Below the pieces are notes generated by a model that was given only the letters and a program-made list of their open reading frames with translations, made no database searches and was not told the DNA's origin. From an uncultured Alphaproteobacteria bacterium (GTDB lineage: Bacteria; Pseudomonadota; Alphaproteobacteria; MPNO01; DASWLB01), in NCBI GenBank assembly GCA_963822575.1, contig CAWGHZ010000007.1, positions 1,375,655-1,439,654 on the forward strand: a stretch of 64,000 bases of DNA, in the 5' to 3' direction. Position 1 is the first letter of the stretch. Every line of letters starts with the position of its first letter. Position numbers and translations under genes: made by a program. Shown here one piece after another: positions 59,802 through 64,000 of this stretch.

Positions 59802-60848
59802 AGCGGCCTCCTTCGTTGCGCACGGTCCTCGACGCGCACCGAGATGTTCGCGCCCTTGCGACCCATGGCGCCGGAAAACAAGGGTATGTCGCCGCAGCGC
59901 AGCTCGATCTCGGACTCCGGCGTGGCGTTCAGCATGACCCGGCTGCCGACCTTGAGGTTCAGCACCTCGTTGAGCGACAGCGTAACCTGGTCGAGCACCG
60001 CCTCGATCTCGACGCCGGTCTTCCACAACTCCTGCGCCAGGTGCACCTCCCAGATCGAGTCGCGGCCGAACTTCTCGCCCATGAACATCTGCAGCAGAAG
60101 CTCGCGCACCGGCTCGAGCGTGGCGTAGGGCAGGCAGAGCTCCAGCCGGCCGCCACGATCCTCCATGTCGATGCGCAGCTTGGCGAGGATCGCCGCATTG
60201 GCGGCGCGCGCGATGGTCGCGAAGCGCGGGTTGGTCTCCAGCCGCTCGAAGCGGAACGTGACCGGCGACAGCGGATCGAACGCGGCGCACAAATCGTTGA
60301 GCACGACCTGCACCATGCGCTCGACCAGCGTGCGCTCGATCGTGGTGTAGGGCCGCCCCTCGATGCGCATCTGCGCGGTGCCGCGCCGCCCGCCGAGCAG
60401 CACGTCGACGATCGAGTAGATCATCGGCGAGTCGACGGTGAGCAACCCGAAATTGTCCCATTCCTCCGCCTTGAACACGCTGAGGATGGCGGGCAGCGGG
60501 ATCGAGTTGAGGTAATCGCCGAAGCGGATCGAGGTAATGGCGTCGAGCGAGACCTCGACATTGTCCGAGGTGAAGTTGCGCAGGCTTGTCGTCAGCATGC
60601 GGACGAGGCGGTCGAACACCACCTCGAGCATCGGCAGTCGCTCGTAGGACACCAGCGCGGAGTTGACGATCGCCTGGATGCCCGAGCGCGCGCCGTCGGT
60701 CTCGCCATCGTCGGTGAGCCCGAGCAGCGAGTTCGATCTCGTCCTGGTTGAGGACGCGCTGGGTACTTTCGCTGGCGCCGTCGCCGAGCGCCGCCTCCCA
60801 GTCCGCGGCCGTAGCCGGCGCGGCGCCCTCCTCAGGCTGATCGGCCAT
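59798..60848 (-). pseudogene. fliM: Flagellar motor switch protein FliM, frameshifted near 60720-60726 (extra A: GAA vs GA)
   Basis: N-terminus MADQ...STQRVLNQDEI continues in the other frame as DSLLGLTDDGETDGARSGIQAIVNSALVSYERLPMLEVVFDRL. Confidence 0.8.
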
Positions 60849-60862
60849 AATACCCCCTACGC

Positions 60863-61393
60863 CTACTGGACCAGCATTTCCTTGAACAGCACGTCACGCA
60901 CCTTGACCGGCGCCACCGCGGCGTTCACCCGCGCCAACAGCTCCTCGCGCAGCCGGTACATGCCGGCCGAGCCGCGCAAATCGTCGAGGCGGAGCTCGCG
61001 CAGATAGACCTGGAAATTGTCCATGATCCGCGGCAGCACCTCCTTGATGCGCGGGATGTCCTCCGCCTTGGCGATCTCCAGGCTGACCGTGATCTTGAGG
61101 AAGCTCGTGCGCGAGCCCTGGCTGTTCAGGTTGACCAGCATCTCGGGCAGGTCGAAGAACACCGAGGGCGCGTCCGGCGCCTTTTTGCCCGTCTCGACCG
61201 CGTCCGGCTTCGCGCCGAACATCGAATCGAGCGCGCCCGAGAACATGAGCCCGGCGCCGCCGCCGATGACCAGCAGAGCGGGCAGCGCCACGAAGAGGAC
61301 AAGCTTCTTGCCGCTCCACCCCGCGCGCCCGGCGGCGGGCTCGGCGAGTGCCCCCTCGGGAACGTCGTCTTCGGTGATTGCCGGATTCGCCAC
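60863..61393 (-). CDS. fliL: Flagellar basal body-associated protein FliL
   Basis: 176 aa; single TM; FliL C-terminal region (VFFDLPEMLVNL..., LREELLARVN). Confidence 0.8.
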   Translation of the reverse strand: MANPAITEDDVPEGALAEPAAGRAGWSGKKLVLFVALPALLVIGGGAGLMFSGALDSMFGAKPDAVETGKKAPDAPSVFFDLPEMLVNLNSQGSRTSFLKITVSLEIAKAEDIPRIKEVLPRIMDNFQVYLRELRLDDLRGSAGMYRLREELLARVNAAVAPVKVRDVLFKEMLVQ

Positions 61394-61502
61394 GGGCCTC
61401 GCGCCCTCCCCTTCCGCATCTCTCGACGGGTTGGACGGAGGCTAGGCCAACGATGTTAACAAGAGGTTGAAACGCACGGCGCGGGCCCCGCGGCCGGCGC
61501 CG

Positions 61503-61646
61503 CTACTTCACGTCGAGCCCGACGCCCGCGCAGATGGTGACCAGGATCGTCTGGATCTTGTTGACGTTAAGATAGGCGGGAAAGGCGAGCCCGCCGAGGA
61601 AGATCAGCACCAGGATCAGCACGTATTCGCCCTTGATCTTCGGCAT
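61503..61646 (-). CDS. Candidate small hydrophobic protein (47 aa) upstream of fliL
   Basis: MPKIKGEYVLILVLIFLGGLAFPAYLNVNKIQTILVTICAGVGLDVK; weak RBS. Confidence 0.25.
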   Translation of the reverse strand: MPKIKGEYVLILVLIFLGGLAFPAYLNVNKIQTILVTICAGVGLDVK

Positions 61647-61697
61647 GCGGCCAGTCTAGCGCGGACGGGCACCGCGCGCGAGCGGGTCGGCCAGGCC

Positions 61698-61808
61698 TCA
61701 GCCGACGAAACGGCGCCGCCAGCGGCGGCGCGAAATCTCGCTCCGCGTCGCGTAGCCCGCCCCGAAGCCGAGCCCGATCGGGACGACCCCGACCACGACC
61801 AGTTCCAT
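61698..61808 (-). CDS. Candidate small single-TM peptide (36 aa) with Arg-rich tail
   Basis: Strong RBS GGAAGGAGCG 7 nt before ATG; MELVVVGVVPIGLGFGAGYATRSEISRRRWRRRFVG. Confidence 0.35.
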   Translation of the reverse strand: MELVVVGVVPIGLGFGAGYATRSEISRRRWRRRFVG

Positions 61809-61851
61809 TGCCCGTCGCTCCTTCCGCCGGCGCGAGTGAAGCAGCGCGGCA

Positions 61852-61867
61852 TTAACCCACAGTTACC
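61852..61867. promoter_or_regulatory. Candidate CtrA-type box TTAA-N7-TTAC upstream of the flagellar-locus small ORFs
   Basis: TTAACCCACAGTTACC about 45-60 bp upstream of the 61808 start; same spacing as the box upstream of flp. Confidence 0.25.
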
Positions 61868-61924
61868 GCCGTATGCCCCGGAACGACCACAGAACGCCAC
61901 CCGGCCGCTCACCAGATTACCGAG

Positions 61925-62314
61925 ATGGCTTTGCCCAAACGAAATGGCGGTGGGCACAGCGGACAGCGGCTGTGGCTGGTCGTCGTGTTCCTTCTGGGCC
62001 TCGGGGGCACGGCCGCCGCCTTCGTGGTCGCGGCGCGCGGGGCCGAGCCCGCGCCCGCGCACGCGCCGTCCGGGATGGTCCCGGGCCACTACGCCCGCCA
62101 ATGCCTGCCGGGCGCCGGACGCGCCTGCTACCGGACTTACGTGCCGCCCCGCTTCCGGCCCTCGCTGCCGGAGGGGCAGCCCCGGCAGGGGCCTCCGGCC
62201 CGCCGCCCCGATTTGCAACCGGACCCGTCGGACGCGGGGCGACCGGGACCCGACATCTCCACGCGCAGCTATGGCAGCGGCTATTTCGACCTGCCCCGGC
62301 GGGACGCGCCGTAG
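61925..62314 (+). CDS. Hypothetical membrane-anchored Pro-rich protein
   Basis: High GC3 ORF with N-terminal TM (RLWLVVVFLLGLGGTAAAFVVAA); weak RBS. Confidence 0.35.
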   Translation: MALPKRNGGGHSGQRLWLVVVFLLGLGGTAAAFVVAARGAEPAPAHAPSGMVPGHYARQCLPGAGRACYRTYVPPRFRPSLPEGQPRQGPPARRPDLQPDPSDAGRPGPDISTRSYGSGYFDLPRRDAP

Positions 62315-62316
62315 CC

Positions 62317-62709
62317 TCAGCCCTTGCCGTCGAGCCTGTCGAACACCTCGCGCATGTGGCGGAAGGCGTTCACCCCTGCGGGCACGCCGCAATACACCAT
62401 CGCGTGCAAGAGCGTCTCGGCGATCTCCTCGCGCGTGCACCCGTTGGTCAGCGCGCCGCGCACGTGGGTCTTCAGCTCCTCGGGCTTGTCGAGCGCGGTC
62501 AGCATGGCGAGGTTCAACAGGCTCCGCGTCTTGCGCGGAAGGCCGGGCCGGGTCCACGCCGCGCCCCAGCAGAATTCGGTCACGAAATCCTGCAGCATCG
62601 CGGCCAGGGGGTCGGTCTCGGCGCGCTTGATCTGCGGGTCGACATAGTCGGTCCCCAGCACCTCGCGCCGCACCTTAAGGCCTTCCTCGTAGAGCTTGGT
62701 CTTCGCCAT
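62317..62709 (-). CDS. Carboxymuconolactone decarboxylase (AhpD-like/PcaC) family protein
   Basis: 130 aa CMD domain; AGGAGG RBS. Confidence 0.8.
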   Translation of the reverse strand: MAKTKLYEEGLKVRREVLGTDYVDPQIKRAETDPLAAMLQDFVTEFCWGAAWTRPGLPRKTRSLLNLAMLTALDKPEELKTHVRGALTNGCTREEIAETLLHAMVYCGVPAGVNAFRHMREVFDRLDGKG

Positions 62710-62726
62710 CTTTTCCTCCTTTGCGT

Positions 62727-63416
62727 TCAATCGCCCACCGGCGCGAGCTGGAACTCCAAGACCTCGGGCCGGGTCAGGAGATGGCGCGCCAGCCGGTCGA
62801 CATTGTGGGGGTCGCGGCTGTGGATGACCATGCGATATTCGAGGATTTTGCCGCCGTCGCTCAGCGCATAGCCCAGCTCGGCGACGCGGAAGCCCTGCGC
62901 CGCGATCATTTCGCGCACCTCGTCTTCCGTGAGCGCCTGAGCCCGGTCGAAGCGCAGGCGGTGATGGGTATAGAAGTCGGTCGCCATATGGCGTTCGATC
63001 CGCAGGAACAGGGCCAGCATCACGAGGATCGCACCGGTGGCTAGCAGCGCGGTGTAATACATGCCGACGCCGATCACGATGCCGAGCGCCGCCGTCGCCC
63101 AGATCGACGCCGCCGTCGTTAGCCCGCGCACCGAAGGGCCATCCCTGAAGATCACACCGGCGCCGAGGAAGCCGATGCCGGTCATGATGCCCTGGGCGAC
63201 ACGTGTCGGATCGATATGGATGTCAGCCGGCAGCGCCTTGAGCCAGCCCTCGGCGTTCACCCCCATCAGCATGAGCATCGCCGAGGCGAGGCACACCAGC
63301 GCGTGGGTGCGGAAGCCCGCGGGCCGGCCGCGGAAGGTACGCTCGATCCCGATCAGCGCGCCGGCGGCGATGGCGGCGCCCAGCCGCAGCCCGATCTCGA
63401 TCTGAAGGTCGGTCAT
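62727..63416 (-). CDS. mgtC: MgtC/SapB family membrane protein
   Basis: MgtC N-terminal TM region plus C-terminal ACT-like domain. Confidence 0.8.
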   Translation of the reverse strand: MTDLQIEIGLRLGAAIAAGALIGIERTFRGRPAGFRTHALVCLASAMLMLMGVNAEGWLKALPADIHIDPTRVAQGIMTGIGFLGAGVIFRDGPSVRGLTTAASIWATAALGIVIGVGMYYTALLATGAILVMLALFLRIERHMATDFYTHHRLRFDRAQALTEDEVREMIAAQGFRVAELGYALSDGGKILEYRMVIHSRDPHNVDRLARHLLTRPEVLEFQLAPVGD

Positions 63417-63424
63417 GGTTGCGG

Positions 63425-64000
63425 TCAATGATGCGCTGCGGGCGCCGCCTCGTCCACGCAGGCGCCCTGCTCGACCTGGATCGTGGTGTGGCCGATCCCG
63501 TAGTGCTTGACCAGGTAGTCGTGCACGCCGCCCAGCACCTTGTCGCGGTCGGCGCCCGGGGCGACCGCCGCGTGCAGCGTGATCAGCGGCCGCTCGGTGG
63601 TCAGCGACCAGACATGGACGTGATGGATGTCCTCGACCCCCGGCACGGCGGCGGCAAGCTCGGCGCGCAGCGCGCCGACGTCGAGCCAGTCGGGCGTGCC
63701 CTCGAGCAGGATGTGGCCGGAGCGGCGGATGATCGCCCAGGCGCTCTTCAGCACCAGCGCGCCGACCGCGATCGAGAGGATCGGATCGATCGGCATCCAG
63801 CCGGTCTCGATGATGACGATCGCGGCGGCCACCGCCGCGCCCGAGCCCAACAGGTCGCCCAGAACGTGCAGCGCCGCGCTCTTGACGTTGAGGTTCTCCT
63901 CGCCGCTCAGGAGCCCGAAGGCGACGATATTGACCAGGAGCCCCAGCGCGCCCACCGCGAGCATCGTGGTGCCGTCGACCTCGATCGGGTTGGCGAGACG
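63425..64000 (-). CDS. Cation diffusion facilitator (CzcD/ZitB) family transporter, C-terminal part (N-terminus beyond window)
   Basis: CDF TM5-6 (HVLGDLLGS) and cytoplasmic C-terminal domain; His-rich tail. Confidence 0.8.
   Translation of the reverse strand, partial: RLANPIEVDGTTMLAVGALGLLVNIVAFGLLSGEENLNVKSAALHVLGDLLGSGAAVAAAIVIIETGWMPIDPILSIAVGALVLKSAWAIIRRSGHILLEGTPDWLDVGALRAELAAAVPGVEDIHHVHVWSLTTERPLITLHAAVAPGADRDKVLGGVHDYLVKHYGIGHTTIQVEQGACVDEAAPAAHH

Noticed and set aside
1-64000. CRISPR arrays, rRNA, tRNA, IS elements, integrases
   Set aside because: No direct-repeat/spacer periodicity, no rRNA/tRNA signatures and no transposase/integrase-like ORFs found by reading.

Overview
High-GC (about 68-70%) alphaproteobacterial chromosomal window, mostly conserved housekeeping genes. 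In order it contains: four tandem DctP-like periplasmic binding proteins, a sulfatase, a GST, an unannotated Flp pilin, RidA, an MFS transporter, a UbiD-like decarboxylase, TrkH, a large AMP-ligase/ACP/acyltransferase fusion divergent from fabG-acpP-fabF-mltG, yicC-gmk, the conserved lptF-lptG-lptD-surA-pdxA-ksgA block with divergent pepA-holC, ndk, rpsF-rpsR-DUF2232-rplI, nadK, a tightly coupled UbiD-like decarboxylase plus CoxM/CoxS/CoxL-type molybdenum hydroxylase operon, H+-pyrophosphatase, a lower-GC polysaccharide-modification island (QW-repeat protein, ATP-grasp, DegT aminotransferase, methyltransferase, Wzx flippase, GT4), the three-gene AmmeMemoRadiSam system, an alpha-glucan phosphorylase / PRC-barrel / GH15 glucoamylase cluster, a flagellar motE-fliM-fliL locus with small upstream ORFs, and a CMD-family protein, MgtC and a partial CDF transporter. 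Other observations: two copies of an ~80-bp hairpin-forming intergenic repeat; several candidate promoters and CtrA-like boxes; and about ten frameshifts, several at homopolymers, concentrated at 42-48.5 kb, which may be sequencing indels or pseudogenization. No rRNA, tRNA or CRISPR was detected.
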